Below are positions 20,549 through 30,658 of a stretch of 62,463 nt of DNA, one piece after another; position 1 is the first letter of the stretch, and each line of letters starts with the position of its first letter. The notes below the pieces were generated by a model, which was not told where the DNA came from, did no database searches, and saw nothing but the letters and a program-made list of their open reading frames with translations. The DNA lies in IMG/VR virus record IMGVR_UViG_3300017788_000024, positions 1 to 62,463 of that record; one strand, written 5' to 3'. The translations under genes were made by a program, and so were the position numbers. This DNA is from a virus. Lineage: Duplodnaviria; Caudoviricetes.

Positions 20549-20587
20549 AAAAAAAAAGAACCCTAGGAGATTTCTCTCCTAGGGTTC
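20549..20587 (-). terminator. intrinsic terminator downstream of capsid (T-phi position)
   Basis: 13-bp perfect stem GAACCCTAGGAGA/TCTCCTAGGGTTC, GAAA loop, U9 tract on the minus strand. Confidence 0.92.
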
Positions 20588-20604
20588 CAGATAGTTAAGA
20601 TGTG

Positions 20605-20932
20605 TATTTAATTATGTTTCACCGCTAGGTATTCCTCCGGCGGTTCGGGTTGTGAGGACGAGGTGGCCGTCCCTTGGCGGTACGACGCCCAGCCAACCCA
20701 AAGCCGGGAGTCATATACATGTTCGCAAACTGATTTGCCCGAACTGCGTCGGCGTTCATCTCACGGGCGGAAAACATGTACCCGGAGTTCAGCATCTTAT
20801 TGTACTCAGCCGCGGAAATCTGGGAAACCCGTCCCGTATTGCTGGTCGTTTTCTTGGTGGGTTTCTTCTTAGACATAATTCAGTCTCCTTAGTTGGGGAA
20901 GATATTTAATTATGTTTCACCGCTAGGTATTC
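20605..20932. repeat. 30-bp perfect direct repeat pair (20605-20634, 20903-20932)
   Basis: tatttaattatgtttcaccgctaggtattc twice, flanking an 83-aa ORF. Confidence 0.95.
20625..20876 (-). CDS. small basic hypothetical protein
   Basis: 83 aa, K/R-rich ends, AAGGAG RBS. Confidence 0.6.
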   Translation of the reverse strand: MSKKKPTKKTTSNTGRVSQISAAEYNKMLNSGYMFSAREMNADAVRANQFANMYMTPGFGLAGRRTAKGRPPRPHNPNRRRNT

Positions 20933-22337
20933 AGTCGAGTCTTGCTCCACAAATAGCAGCGCAGAGTTCGGGACGAAGAACGCCACCACCACGCATGACG
21001 GATGCTACTGTGAACTGGGTGTTACGACGAACGTCGCGGATGCTGTCAACCTTCATGCCTTGTAGGCTGAGTGATGCAACCGCATCCTTCTGCCAGATAA
21101 GAGCCTTGATGGGGAACATAGCATCAAATGCACCTGCGTTCCCTGCTGAAGCACCAACAGTAGAGAAACGGAGCCAATCGAAGTTGTACTTGGCATCGCC
21201 AAGATCTTTAATCTTCTTAAGTTGGTTTCCGTTTGCTGCGGCTGAAGAAGAGGTGCTGAATGCAGTTGCACCAGTGGGATCGACAATAATGTTTTCTAGG
21301 GAATTGGAAATCTGACCGGGGGACGCGGATGCAGCGGCAGCGACGGTATAATCAGTTCCGTCTAGTTCAACGGTCTGATTAAGAAGGTGATTGGTCTTGA
21401 TGATGGTTGCACCCATGTAGGTAAGAGAGTCGGTAAGGGCATTCATACCTACGGTGTATGGGGCACCAAGACCACCAGCAGCAGCAACACCACCAAACAA
21501 AGGTTGCAGATTTCCGGCGTCCGTGGCGGTGCGTGCAATGCCAAGGGCACGAATGTCTTGGAAAGCACGCGGAGATACTGCAACATAAACGCCATTGGTT
21601 GGTGCATCGATCTCCTGTAGACGAACCATGTACTTCTCGATATACTCTAGAAGAAGAAGTGCTGCGTTGTTTCGTTGGGTTGTTGTAGAAGCGGAACTTG
21701 ATGAACCAAGGTGGTTGAACGTAGTGGAAGCAGGCATGTCAGGGAAGGATGCTGCACTAGAAAGGTCTGATGCAGTAGTAGCACCTGCGAAGTTACCACC
21801 CTTGCTTACTGCTGGGTTGCGCGCTGGCATAAATGCTGCCTGAGCAATGAGACATGCAACCTGCTTGTCTCTTGCGTTGGCAAGCGTTAGACCAGCCTGA
21901 CGAGCGAGTTCTGCACGGTACTCCCACTGAGTGAGCATGAGCGAAATATCGTCAAGTTCAAAGTAGGATGCCATGGGTCTGGAGTCGAGCGAGATGTCGA
22001 ACCAACCGGGTACAGAAATAGCGGTGGAACCTTCTAGTTCCTCGCCAGCCTTCCATTGTGCCTTGTGACCAACGGTACCAGTGATTGGGAATCGCATGGT
22101 AGTGCCGCTGGTGATCTGGCGAGTGGTGACTAGTGGCTCAAAGATGTTGTACTCATCGTATGCATTGAGAACTTCACCACTCCAAATAGGAAGCCAGTAT
22201 TCTGGGGTATTGCTTTGATTAACGCCAAATTGGCCAATTGTGGTATTAGATGTTGAACCAGCAGCAGAACCACCAGTTAGCCACGCTGCGTTAGGTGCGC
22301 CAGCAGTATACGGATATGATTGAACGTTATCAGCCAT
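20931..22337 (-). CDS. major capsid protein (T7 gp10-like)
   Basis: IWSGEVL.AY, R.ITSG..MRFP.TG, YRAELARQAG..LA..RD, C-terminal GGVLRPE. Confidence 0.95.
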   Translation of the reverse strand: MADNVQSYPYTAGAPNAAWLTGGSAAGSTSNTTIGQFGVNQSNTPEYWLPIWSGEVLNAYDEYNIFEPLVTTRQITSGTTMRFPITGTVGHKAQWKAGEELEGSTAISVPGWFDISLDSRPMASYFELDDISLMLTQWEYRAELARQAGLTLANARDKQVACLIAQAAFMPARNPAVSKGGNFAGATTASDLSSAASFPDMPASTTFNHLGSSSSASTTTQRNNAALLLLEYIEKYMVRLQEIDAPTNGVYVAVSPRAFQDIRALGIARTATDAGNLQPLFGGVAAAGGLGAPYTVGMNALTDSLTYMGATIIKTNHLLNQTVELDGTDYTVAAAASASPGQISNSLENIIVDPTGATAFSTSSSAAANGNQLKKIKDLGDAKYNFDWLRFSTVGASAGNAGAFDAMFPIKALIWQKDAVASLSLQGMKVDSIRDVRRNTQFTVASVMRGGGVLRPELCAAICGARLD

Positions 22338-22414
22338 GAGATAATCTCCTTATGTTAAAAATAGAACATGAAGGATTAGATTATCCTAGTCCCTTCTCAT
22401 GGGGATTGTTAGGG

Positions 22415-23353
22415 TCATCTCCTCTTGTAGCCGTTTTGATGTGTAATCAAGATTCGTCTTTCGACGGCTTGCCGGAAAGCAGTGTCGGTACGATACCGAG
22501 GATCAGCAATTGCTGCTTTCATTTCCAACTCCGAGTTGAAGGCTTGTGCTTCAATTCCCGGCTTTGAAACCTGACCGGCGGGAACGGCATTGGGGGTTGA
22601 GACGGACGGTTCGGGTTGAGAAACCCGAGCGGCTGGCTGAGACTGCTGGTATCGAGCCTGAAGACCTAGAAGGATGGACCCACTTGCAGGCGTCTGTAAT
22701 CCTTTGTTCATGGCTTCAATCTCTTGAGCAGGCAAGTTTTCTCCAGCCCACTTGAGAACCCTCTTTAGATTATCCACACCGCCAACAACCTTGGCAGACT
22801 CCTCAAATGCTTGCTTCTGCATTGCTTGTCTGCCACGAACCATTTGTTCGACCACAATGGGATCTGCGTTGAGACGTTTTGCAACTTCCTTCTTCGTGGC
22901 TTCCGATAGGTCGCCATTCTTGTCGATCTCCTTTCCCCACCTCTGCCAATCCGTCGCGGTAATGCCACCGTACTCTGGATCTTTTGGTTTGGAAATCGAC
23001 AACTCATTGGGAACGTTGCTCACATCCTCAAGCGGCTTCTCTTGCTTGGGTTGTTCTTGAGCCTGTGGGTCGTAATTAGGATTCGCGACCGCCGTTTCGT
23101 TGTATTTCTTCTTTAGTTCGGCAATTTCTTGCCGAGATTTTGTGTACTGAGATTGGGCACTCTTTAGCGAGTTGAACCAATCATCTGCACTCTTGAAGTT
23201 TGATGGGATCTTTTCGCCCATCTCCTTTACGAATCTTGTGAATGCAGCACGCTCACCAGCAACAATAGGATCTTCTGCTGGTTCTTGTGGCATCACAATA
23301 TCATTACCTACCTGAGTCTCTGTGGATTGTTCAGGCTTGTTTTCTTCGATCAT
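22415..23353 (-). CDS. capsid scaffolding protein (T7 gp9-like)
   Basis: VGG..NL..WA.ENL, C-terminal AIADPRY..D..FR..VE; position before capsid. Confidence 0.9.
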   Translation of the reverse strand: MIEENKPEQSTETQVGNDIVMPQEPAEDPIVAGERAAFTRFVKEMGEKIPSNFKSADDWFNSLKSAQSQYTKSRQEIAELKKKYNETAVANPNYDPQAQEQPKQEKPLEDVSNVPNELSISKPKDPEYGGITATDWQRWGKEIDKNGDLSEATKKEVAKRLNADPIVVEQMVRGRQAMQKQAFEESAKVVGGVDNLKRVLKWAGENLPAQEIEAMNKGLQTPASGSILLGLQARYQQSQPAARVSQPEPSVSTPNAVPAGQVSKPGIEAQAFNSELEMKAAIADPRYRTDTAFRQAVERRILITHQNGYKRR

Positions 23354-23477
23354 TCTTCTTCATCTCCTTTGCGATTGTTCGTTTCTTGCGAGTCGCTTTG
23401 GAACTATCGGGCTTAAGCCCGGTATTCTCAACTGCGTATTTCTTTGAGTTATAAGGCGTTTTCAACCGTGTGGGCAT

Positions 23478-23660
23478 TTAATGTTTCCCGAACCGCTTGA
23501 GGGCGAGGATTGAGGTCGGCGGTCCCAAGAACGCCCCGACCAAGGCGCACGCGATGATCGGTGCGCCGGTGGCGACCGCGACGAAGGTTCCGATAAGAGC
23601 GCCGATCACTGCGGCGACGAGAGCGATGACGACGACGGCTTTGGCAAGGCTTTCCATCAA
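23478..23660 (-). CDS. small GC-rich membrane protein
   Basis: Two hydrophobic segments; GC-rich relative to neighbours. Confidence 0.5.
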   Translation of the reverse strand: MMESLAKAVVVIALVAAVIGALIGTFVAVATGAPIIACALVGAFLGPPTSILALKRFGKH

Positions 23661-23773
23661 TACTTCTTCTTCATTGTAGGCTTATTGCCCTTAGCAGACG
23701 CGGCCTTTGTCACCTTTTTGCCCTTCATGGGGGAATAATTCTTCATCATTTCTTTCTTAGACTTCATAGGCAT
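23657..23773 (-). CDS. small Lys/Met-rich peptide
   Basis: MPMKSKKEMMKNYSPMKGKK...KKKY, 38 aa, AAAGGAGG RBS. Confidence 0.55.
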   Translation of the reverse strand: MPMKSKKEMMKNYSPMKGKKVTKAASAKGNKPTMKKKY

Positions 23774-23831
23774 TGATGCCTCCTTTAATAATGCAACCAT
23801 TAATAAATTTTAAGAGAAAATAGATAATGGA

Positions 23832-23999
23832 TCACCTTCCTTTCTTCTTTGTAAGTCTTTTCAATGTCCTTGCGTGGTTGCGTTGACGCTTGGATTAGAT
23901 TGAAAGACTTGAAGAACCACAGTACTCTGATATAGATTTACCGGCTGCTTTTGCTCCGGGTCTTTTTATAGCGGACTGTATCCATTTCTTTCTTGCCAT
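23832..23999 (-). pseudogene. small basic protein gene (KWIQ.AIKRPGA type) with internal TAA
   Basis: MARKKWIQSAIKRPGAKAAGKSISEYCGSSSLSI*SKRQRNHARTLKRLTKKKGR; in-frame stop at 23895-23897. Confidence 0.5.
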
Positions 24000-24068
24000 T
24001 CACTGCTTTTCTAGCATGTGATCCTGTTTTTCTTGTGGTGGAGCCGCAGTTGCACTTGAATTTTTTAA

Positions 24069-25685
24069 TCATTGTTGTGGTCCGTTTAGTCCAAACATTT
24101 GCATTGCTTGGTTGACGGCTTCAGGAGGAATGTTCTTACCTCCTGTTTCCATGATGTCCTTGTTTGCTGCATTTGCTGCAACTCCTGCTGCTTCCTTGGC
24201 AAGGATCTGTTGCATCTGCATCTGCTGTTGTGCCTGTGCTACCCTTGCTTCCTGCTTACGGATCTCTTCTTCACTCTTGACCCACAACTTGGGATCAAAT
24301 CCTAGTGCAAGGATCAAGGCTCTGCCATATTCATCCCACTTGAACATCTTGTTTGCAAACTCTGGAAGGTTTCTTGCAAGTTCACCTAGTTGCATGAGTT
24401 TGGTGAGGTCGCTGTCCCTTGACAAAGCCTGAAGACCAGTGGTGATCTCGATTGAAAGAAGTCCTGCTTCCTCATCGAATTGTTCCCTCATCCCCGAATC
24501 TATTTCGTTGTTGTTGATCATAAGAAGTATTGTTCTTCTGACAAGAGGCTCCATAAGGTCTCTGGCAATGGCACCAAAGGTGCCGCCTAGGATGGTCTCA
24601 AGTTCATTTCCTACGGCTCTTACCGCAGTGGCTGTGACTCGATCTCCCGTTGGCATTGCTGCTGTTTGGAGGAGGAACCCGTTGCCTACTTCTTTTCTCA
24701 TTGTCTCGACTGCTGCCTGAGACACCTGAACCTGCGGGTTCATGGTTGAGGATGGTGAGATTACATACACATCTGATTGCCTTGCTGGAACCCAGTCACC
24801 ATTGCTTGCCTTTGACAAGTCGTTCAGTTCAGTAAGTCCTGCTGGGTCAACACCCATGAAGAATGTGGATGATGCGGCCATGCCCTGCACCATGGATCTT
24901 GAGTACGCCTCAAGAGTCATGATGTCTCCGTAGATGTCTTCAACATGGGATCTACCATAGTCTTCATTGGCTACTCCGGTCCACCGGAGGATAATGAAGG
25001 GGCTTACTTCAAAGAAACCTGATTCAATGATCTCCTCATTGAGTTCCTTTTCCATATACCATTGCCCATCATTTTCCTTGGTGATCCGAATATAGACTGA
25101 ATCGTATCCAGTCTGATCATTCTCCCCATGCTGGAAGTATCGCGACTCATCTACCTTCTCATCATTGGGTTTGCTTAGGTACTCAACATAGATGAGTTCC
25201 TTAACATCACCCTGCACATTGCGTCTAATGACAAATTGATCAAGAGGAATTACCCTGAATGAGAAGTCATTGTCCATGATTATCAAGGCATTTCCAGTGA
25301 CGATGAGATGTTGAAGAGAAAGATAGATTGCATCACGCATGTTCTTGCCCAACAGTTTGCGATATATTTGTTGAGAAAGAACCTCAAGATACTCGGCAAC
25401 CTGATGTTCTGGTTGTCTTCCGTTATTGAGTCCTAGTTTGAAGAATGGAGTATCGTTGAGTGGGATGAGAACACTGAGGATCTTTGATGACAGACTAGTC
25501 ACGCCTCTTGATGCAACACTGGAGTATTGCTGGAACATTGGTGCTTGTTCAGTATGGTCCTTTGGAGGAAGGAGAGTTGGGATTGTGAGTGCAGCGCATG
25601 CTCTTGCCCTCTCTAGATAGAGTTCTCTTTTTCTATCCAGTGCTTCCCATCTTTCCTTTATGTTCCGTTCAGGTACCATGCTCAT
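24069..25685 (-). CDS. portal (head-tail connector, T7 gp8-like)
   Basis: ALTIPTL, RGV.SLSSK, HLIVTGNAL, EDYGRSHVE, DRVTATAVR. Confidence 0.96.
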   Translation of the reverse strand: MSMVPERNIKERWEALDRKRELYLERARACAALTIPTLLPPKDHTEQAPMFQQYSSVASRGVTSLSSKILSVLIPLNDTPFFKLGLNNGRQPEHQVAEYLEVLSQQIYRKLLGKNMRDAIYLSLQHLIVTGNALIIMDNDFSFRVIPLDQFVIRRNVQGDVKELIYVEYLSKPNDEKVDESRYFQHGENDQTGYDSVYIRITKENDGQWYMEKELNEEIIESGFFEVSPFIILRWTGVANEDYGRSHVEDIYGDIMTLEAYSRSMVQGMAASSTFFMGVDPAGLTELNDLSKASNGDWVPARQSDVYVISPSSTMNPQVQVSQAAVETMRKEVGNGFLLQTAAMPTGDRVTATAVRAVGNELETILGGTFGAIARDLMEPLVRRTILLMINNNEIDSGMREQFDEEAGLLSIEITTGLQALSRDSDLTKLMQLGELARNLPEFANKMFKWDEYGRALILALGFDPKLWVKSEEEIRKQEARVAQAQQQMQMQQILAKEAAGVAANAANKDIMETGGKNIPPEAVNQAMQMFGLNGPQQ

Positions 25686-25688
25686 TCA

Positions 25689-26036
25689 TTACTCCAGTTC
25701 TGTTCTTGGTGCGTAGTCTGGCGACTCGATCTGAGGTGCATCTAGATTGGTGAGGCCGAATGCATTATTTTCTGCTTGCATGCCTTCGGACTCAGCCATG
25801 ATCATCCCCTCTCTCTTCTCTTCCTCTGCCATATGTCCAGCCTTTTCAAGTTCCGACATGCGTCGGCGTTCAAGTTCTGCCAAACGCTCTTCTTCCCTGC
25901 GTCTGGCAGCACGCTCTTCCTGCTGGATAGAGGCTTGTTGCTGCATGTCAAAGGCTTCTCGTTGAAGTTGGCGTTGCATTTCCATTACTTGTTGCTGACT
26001 AAGACCACCACCGCCGCCTTTACCTCCTCCCATCAC
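25689..26036 (-). CDS. virion assembly protein (T7 gp7.3 position)
   Basis: MMGGGKGGGG start, coiled coil, immediately upstream of portal. Confidence 0.5.
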   Translation of the reverse strand: MMGGGKGGGGGLSQQQVMEMQRQLQREAFDMQQQASIQQEERAARRREEERLAELERRRMSELEKAGHMAEEEKREGMIMAESEGMQAENNAFGLTNLDAPQIESPDYAPRTELE

Positions 26037-26202
26037 TCACCTCCTTCCACGCTGCTATCTTCTTTATGACTTGGGTCTGACCAAACAGAATCCCCCTGTC
26101 GAACTCGTTCTTCTTCAGATCGTCTGGGACGACCTCTCCGAATACTTTTTTCAGTTCGTCCATCAACTCCTTGCTGATGAACAGGTTCTTTTGTTGGTTC
26201 AT
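26020..26202 (-). CDS. hypothetical protein
   Basis: 60 aa, AAGGA RBS, coupled to the next gene. Confidence 0.55.
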   Translation of the reverse strand: MNQQKNLFISKELMDELKKVFGEVVPDDLKKNEFDRGILFGQTQVIKKIAAWKEVSDGRR

Positions 26203-26303
26203 TCCTTAGTTCCATGTAAAGTGTGTATAGAAAAGAAACATCAGAATCTCTGGGGACAAGTCCTTTTTTGATTCTGTGTTCAATGGATTGCAATCTAATA
26301 TCA

Positions 26304-26549
26304 TTATTCAAAATTGTCATCTGACTCCTCGGCAGGTTCTTCAACAAGGACATCCACATGAAAGTCCATGTCTGAAGGATTGAGGTCTCGATCCTTGACT
26401 TCTTGGCTTAGGTTTGACATGAAGATCTTGACCATCTTCATGTTGTTGAATCCTAACTTGATTCTTGAGTTCTTAAGAGACATGAGTTTCACGCACTCGT
26501 TGATGGCAAGATCAAGATCGTACTCATTGTTAACTAGATAGAAACTCAT
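26304..26549 (-). CDS. hypothetical protein
   Basis: 81 aa, AAGGAG RBS. Confidence 0.6.
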   Translation of the reverse strand: MSFYLVNNEYDLDLAINECVKLMSLKNSRIKLGFNNMKMVKIFMSNLSQEVKDRDLNPSDMDFHVDVLVEEPAEESDDNFE

Positions 26550-26560
26550 AGTCTTTCTCC

Positions 26561-28456
26561 TTATGTTACCTCACATCCCGATGCACTGCATGCAAGGGTG
26601 TGATGATGCTTGGTGTCATCTTCTATTTCATATGCCGACAACTGATTAAAGTCGATGATTTCTGGTAGGCATGAATTGAGTTTGTGGTATTGCTCTTCCG
26701 AGATTGCCTCAAATGGAGCCTGTTGATAAACATGATCTTCCTTGGGCAGGAATGAGATCCCAGATACCATATCCCAATTGTTATACACCCATTGACCTAT
26801 AGATAGAAACTCATTGTCTGTGTATGAAACAGTGATTGAAGGCTTGTGGTCGCAGTACTCTGTCTGCCACTCCATCCACCAATCAAGATGATGTTGTGCT
26901 GTAAGATTGTCTTGAGTTATGCAGTCTTTTGGTGACTTGATGGGAAACGAGAAGACGATTGTGTTGTCTGGTCTCATGACGCACGGCTCCCAAGGAACAC
27001 CATTATCCTTCATTAACTTGCCGATTGGATCCTTTGCATCAAGACGAACTCGTCTGATATAATAATCGGAGTATCGAGGATGCATGCCTGACGAGCAACC
27101 AGCAACGCAGGATGTTGTGCCTTCTGGCTTTACGCAAGTGATGCTTGCACTGGGATTGATGCCAAGGAACTCTGCCCAATTACGATTGACATCATGGGCC
27201 AACTTCTTCATTTCCTTGAGGATGTTCATGTCCTTGCGGAACAACTTGCAATCCATGATTCCGGTAACAGATACTCCAAGAAGACGCTCCTCCATGCAAT
27301 TCTGCGTGAATGAATGGTCTCCTCTATCGGTGAAGAAAGTGAAGTTGACTAGGTTGCTCTGAAGGGTTCCGAGTATCGTAGCCAGCCGGATCTTATCTAA
27401 TATGTCCTGTTTTGTGTCGTTTGGAAGGGCAACTACGGTTGAAAGGTTGCAGAATTGCTTGGATCTTAGGATGATTTCAGAACATGGATTGGTCCCAAAC
27501 TTGTGACCTTCCACCCTGCGTCCAGCCTTTCTGGCAATTGTCTCCATTGCCTTTCGGTTGCAGATGCCACGCTCACCAGAGTGTGAATCATAGAGAGAAC
27601 CCCACTCTTGGATGAACTCGCTGAGGGATGGCTTGGATTCATAGACTGCCGAGTTGTTGGCAAGGCTTCGATGACCAGAGGTCTCCCACCAAGCACCCGA
27701 CTTGCACAATGCCATCTCCCTATCGTTTAGATCCGACAAGGAAATTAGTGCAGATCTGCGAACTCCACCGCAGATTACAATCTCTGCAATCTGACAAATG
27801 AGATCATGAACCTCAATGGACTTGAGTTTTCTGCCCTTTGCTTTGTTGAACATGTTGCTGGTGAACCTGATCAAACGCTCTAGAGGCTCTGGGCCTGATG
27901 CCCTTCCTCCAAAGGTCTTGAGTCTTGTTCCTGCTGGCCTCACCTTGCTTAGATCTACAAAGGGGTGGTGACCAGAGTACAGGTTATGGATGAACTTATG
28001 GAAGGAGTCTGCCCAACCAGCCCTTGAGTCCTCTACAACAATGACATCATCTGTCTTCCTGATTTCAGAGGGAACTTCAGGAAGTTTGTTGATGAACTGG
28101 GCCTCGCAGGAGAACCCAACACCAGTGCCACACATGAGGATATACATAATGTTCCTAAAATCTGATGGTCTTTCTACAGCCACATAGGAACAATTGTATG
28201 CTGCCACATCATCCACATCTAGGGCTGGACCTGCGGTCATTAGTGCCCGCATGGATCCAAAGACTTCTCTTGCATGCATGTTGATTCGACAGGTTTCAAG
28301 ATCTTTGAGACGATCATTATCAACAATATTAAACCTCTTAATAAGGTAATTAATGTATCGATCTACGGCTTCTGACCAAGATTCTCTTCTTGTTTCTTCA
28401 GGAATCCATCTACAATATCGGGAAATGGCAACAAAATCCTCAAATATTCTTGACAT
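26561..28456 (-). CDS. nrdJ: class II (B12-dependent, monomeric type) ribonucleotide reductase
   Basis: SMRALMTAG, YNC, LMCGTGVGF, GGVRRSA, TNPCSE, TCVKPEGT, C-terminal CSASGC; no beta subunit gene nearby. Confidence 0.92.
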   Translation of the reverse strand: MSRIFEDFVAISRYCRWIPEETRRESWSEAVDRYINYLIKRFNIVDNDRLKDLETCRINMHAREVFGSMRALMTAGPALDVDDVAAYNCSYVAVERPSDFRNIMYILMCGTGVGFSCEAQFINKLPEVPSEIRKTDDVIVVEDSRAGWADSFHKFIHNLYSGHHPFVDLSKVRPAGTRLKTFGGRASGPEPLERLIRFTSNMFNKAKGRKLKSIEVHDLICQIAEIVICGGVRRSALISLSDLNDREMALCKSGAWWETSGHRSLANNSAVYESKPSLSEFIQEWGSLYDSHSGERGICNRKAMETIARKAGRRVEGHKFGTNPCSEIILRSKQFCNLSTVVALPNDTKQDILDKIRLATILGTLQSNLVNFTFFTDRGDHSFTQNCMEERLLGVSVTGIMDCKLFRKDMNILKEMKKLAHDVNRNWAEFLGINPSASITCVKPEGTTSCVAGCSSGMHPRYSDYYIRRVRLDAKDPIGKLMKDNGVPWEPCVMRPDNTIVFSFPIKSPKDCITQDNLTAQHHLDWWMEWQTEYCDHKPSITVSYTDNEFLSIGQWVYNNWDMVSGISFLPKEDHVYQQAPFEAISEEQYHKLNSCLPEIIDFNQLSAYEIEDDTKHHHTLACSASGCEVT

Positions 28457-28461
28457 TTTTA

Positions 28462-28899
28462 TTACGCTCCGGTAGAACCAAACCCGCCAGTTCCCCGTAC
28501 AGTCTCAGACAACTCCTCTACAACCACGATCTTAGGTGAGATATACGGAACAATTAACAATTGGGCAACCCGATCACCACGATAGATCGTGTGATCAAGT
28601 TTCCCATTATTTACAAAGTGAAGTATAATCTGTCCTCTGTAGTCACTATCAATGATGCCGATGGTATTGATTAGGGAGAACCCCTTCTTTCCCATGCTGG
28701 ATCTAGGACACAGAAGACCAAAGTAACCTTCCGGGATTTCTACGCTTATTTCTGTATTGATTACAACGACCTGTCCCACAGGGACAAACACGCTGTCTGG
28801 TGAATATAGATCATATCCAGCCGACTTGTCCGTCCCCTTGGTGGGGACGAAACTAAAGGTCTCTTTGTTTTCAACAACTATTTTCATTGTGTTAGTCAT
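28462..28899 (-). CDS. dut: trimeric dUTPase
   Basis: AGYDL, PRSS, GIIDSDYRG, RVAQL, RGTGGFGSTG. Confidence 0.97.
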   Translation of the reverse strand: MTNTMKIVVENKETFSFVPTKGTDKSAGYDLYSPDSVFVPVGQVVVINTEISVEIPEGYFGLLCPRSSMGKKGFSLINTIGIIDSDYRGQIILHFVNNGKLDHTIYRGDRVAQLLIVPYISPKIVVVEELSETVRGTGGFGSTGA

Positions 28900-29689
28900 T
28901 ATTTGCTATATGCTTGGTAATGGGTTGGGGGGACCAAAGAGTTACTTTCTTTGTGTCTTTGTTGTAGTCTCCATGACGGAGGATCCTGACACACCTTGCT
29001 TGAGAGAGGGCAAACTCAACCCTGTTGATTGTAGGTCGCTTGTCCTCTGGACGCTTGTCCCAATCTTCTTCCTCATACATCTTGAGGATTGTGTCTTCCC
29101 ACTCCTCATGAGGGGTGTTGTCAAGAATCTTCTTTGCCTTGGCTGGACCAACCTTCCATAGTCCCCACACGTTATCCGTGCTGTCGCCTGTCATCCACTG
29201 CTGATAAAAGAATCTGTCTGCGTCGTCTTGAGATACATAAACAGGCTTCTCTTCCTTGTCTGGATTCCAGTGCCAGCCGGGAACTTGTCGAAGATCCTTG
29301 TCAACAGTGATGCCGACAGCCTTTCCAGATGAAACCATCATGCCGATGAGATCATCTGCTTCCAATCTATCGACACATCTTGTTGTTGTGAAACTCATTT
29401 GTGGATGATGGTGGCTCCACAGCAACTCAATAGCATACTCCATGCAGTCGGGAGACTTTGCTCCTTCTCTGTGCTGTTTGTATGTTTGCCAAAAGTCACG
29501 CCTGAAGTTTCGTTCTCTTGGGCATGACATTGCAATGACCACCTTGTCAACTCCAGCAGGAGTCCAAGCATTGATGTCGGTGTCGATTCTATGGGGTAGT
29601 TCATCAACACCTTCCGCATCCGCCCAGAAAGCAGCACGATATGCTATGATGTCGCCATCAAGGATTGCTGTTTGAGGAATACTTGTCAT
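28892..29689 (-). CDS. 5'-3' exonuclease (T7 gp6-like)
   Basis: LDGD, LEADD, DKDL, GDSTDN..G..KVGP.KA. Confidence 0.93.
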   Translation of the reverse strand: MTSIPQTAILDGDIIAYRAAFWADAEGVDELPHRIDTDINAWTPAGVDKVVIAMSCPRERNFRRDFWQTYKQHREGAKSPDCMEYAIELLWSHHHPQMSFTTTRCVDRLEADDLIGMMVSSGKAVGITVDKDLRQVPGWHWNPDKEEKPVYVSQDDADRFFYQQWMTGDSTDNVWGLWKVGPAKAKKILDNTPHEEWEDTILKMYEEEDWDKRPEDKRPTINRVEFALSQARCVRILRHGDYNKDTKKVTLWSPQPITKHIANND

Positions 29690-29930
29690 TTCTACGTTGA
29701 ATCTCTTTCATGGTATTGAGGATTGTTTGAATAGTATCGATGTCCAACGAAGCGTGGAAGATGTTTTGTCCATCCTCGTTGTATCCCATCAACTCAACAT
29801 ACATAAAGTCTTCTGAAGAAAACTCTACTTGTAGATTCAAAGAACGGTGGGGCTTGTCTTTTCTTGCAGGAATATGAACAGCATCAAGGATTGTCATTGT
29901 TAGGTTGTACATTATTGTCCTCCATTTCAT
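29658..29930 (-). CDS. hypothetical protein
   Basis: ORF packed between the kinase and exonuclease genes; start uncertain. Confidence 0.45.
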   Translation of the reverse strand: MKWRTIMYNLTMTILDAVHIPARKDKPHRSLNLQVEFSSEDFMYVELMGYNEDGQNIFHASLDIDTIQTILNTMKEIQRRNDKYSSNSNP

Positions 29931-30648
29931 CTTGGATGAACGACAAAAGGTCTTCTACCTTGTCAAGTTCATCCTTTAACATTAGAAGTTTAAGGAACCC
30001 TTCATTTGGAACCTTACCATTACGGTATTTCTGAGTCATTGGATCCATTGAAGCAGACTCTTCGGTGATCCACTTGTAGAAGTTTGAATTAACATACTCT
30101 ACGAGTTCAGGAATGGGAGACCTGTTTACAAGATACTCATGGAAGAGATCGGTGTAGTCTGTTCTGCCTGCCTCCACACGGGTAGCGATGTCTTCTGACT
30201 CATGAAGTCTCCACTCCTCAAACATCTCTGGGATTATTCTTTCTCCGGTTGTGATGAAGATCTGGTATGCACCGACATCCCTACCAAAGGCAATCTCGTT
30301 CATGTATCTTACATCGTCTTGAATGATGATGTGTTCAAACCTGTCTTCTCCCTTTTCCTTGAGAGTCCCTTCAATCTGAATAAGATTGGAGACTTCCTGA
30401 CGAATCTTGTTGACCCAATAGTCTGGGTCTTCTGCCCTTCGTTTGGCTCCCCATTCCTGACAATACTTCCTGTATGCTTCTGGGTTGCTGTCTTTTGAGT
30501 AGCCCATCTCTTGGGCTTCCCTTTTGAGAGCCTTGGCAAAAGGAAGAATAACGGGAATGTAGTTGTTCTCCATTGCAACATCATAAAGAATGGATGCAAC
30601 GGTTGACTTTCCTGCTCTTCCTGCTCCGCATAGTTGTATGAATTTCAT
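29884..30648 (-). CDS. deoxynucleoside monophosphate kinase-like P-loop protein
   Basis: GAGRAGKST, FAKALK, Q.WG..R..DPDYWV, DDVRYMNE, HESE. Confidence 0.8.
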   Translation of the reverse strand: MKFIQLCGAGRAGKSTVASILYDVAMENNYIPVILPFAKALKREAQEMGYSKDSNPEAYRKYCQEWGAKRRAEDPDYWVNKIRQEVSNLIQIEGTLKEKGEDRFEHIIIQDDVRYMNEIAFGRDVGAYQIFITTGERIIPEMFEEWRLHESEDIATRVEAGRTDYTDLFHEYLVNRSPIPELVEYVNSNFYKWITEESASMDPMTQKYRNGKVPNEGFLKLLMLKDELDKVEDLLSFIQDEMEDNNVQPNNDNP

Positions 30649-30658
30649 TATTGATTCC

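Noticed and set aside
20876-20960. T7 gp10B-type capsid frameshift extension
   Set aside because: No obvious slippery site near the capsid end, and the downstream ORF has its own RBS
23895-23897. Stop-codon reassignment
   Set aside because: TAA, TAG and TGA all end bona fide genes, long ORFs are intact in the standard code, and no suppressor tRNA is present
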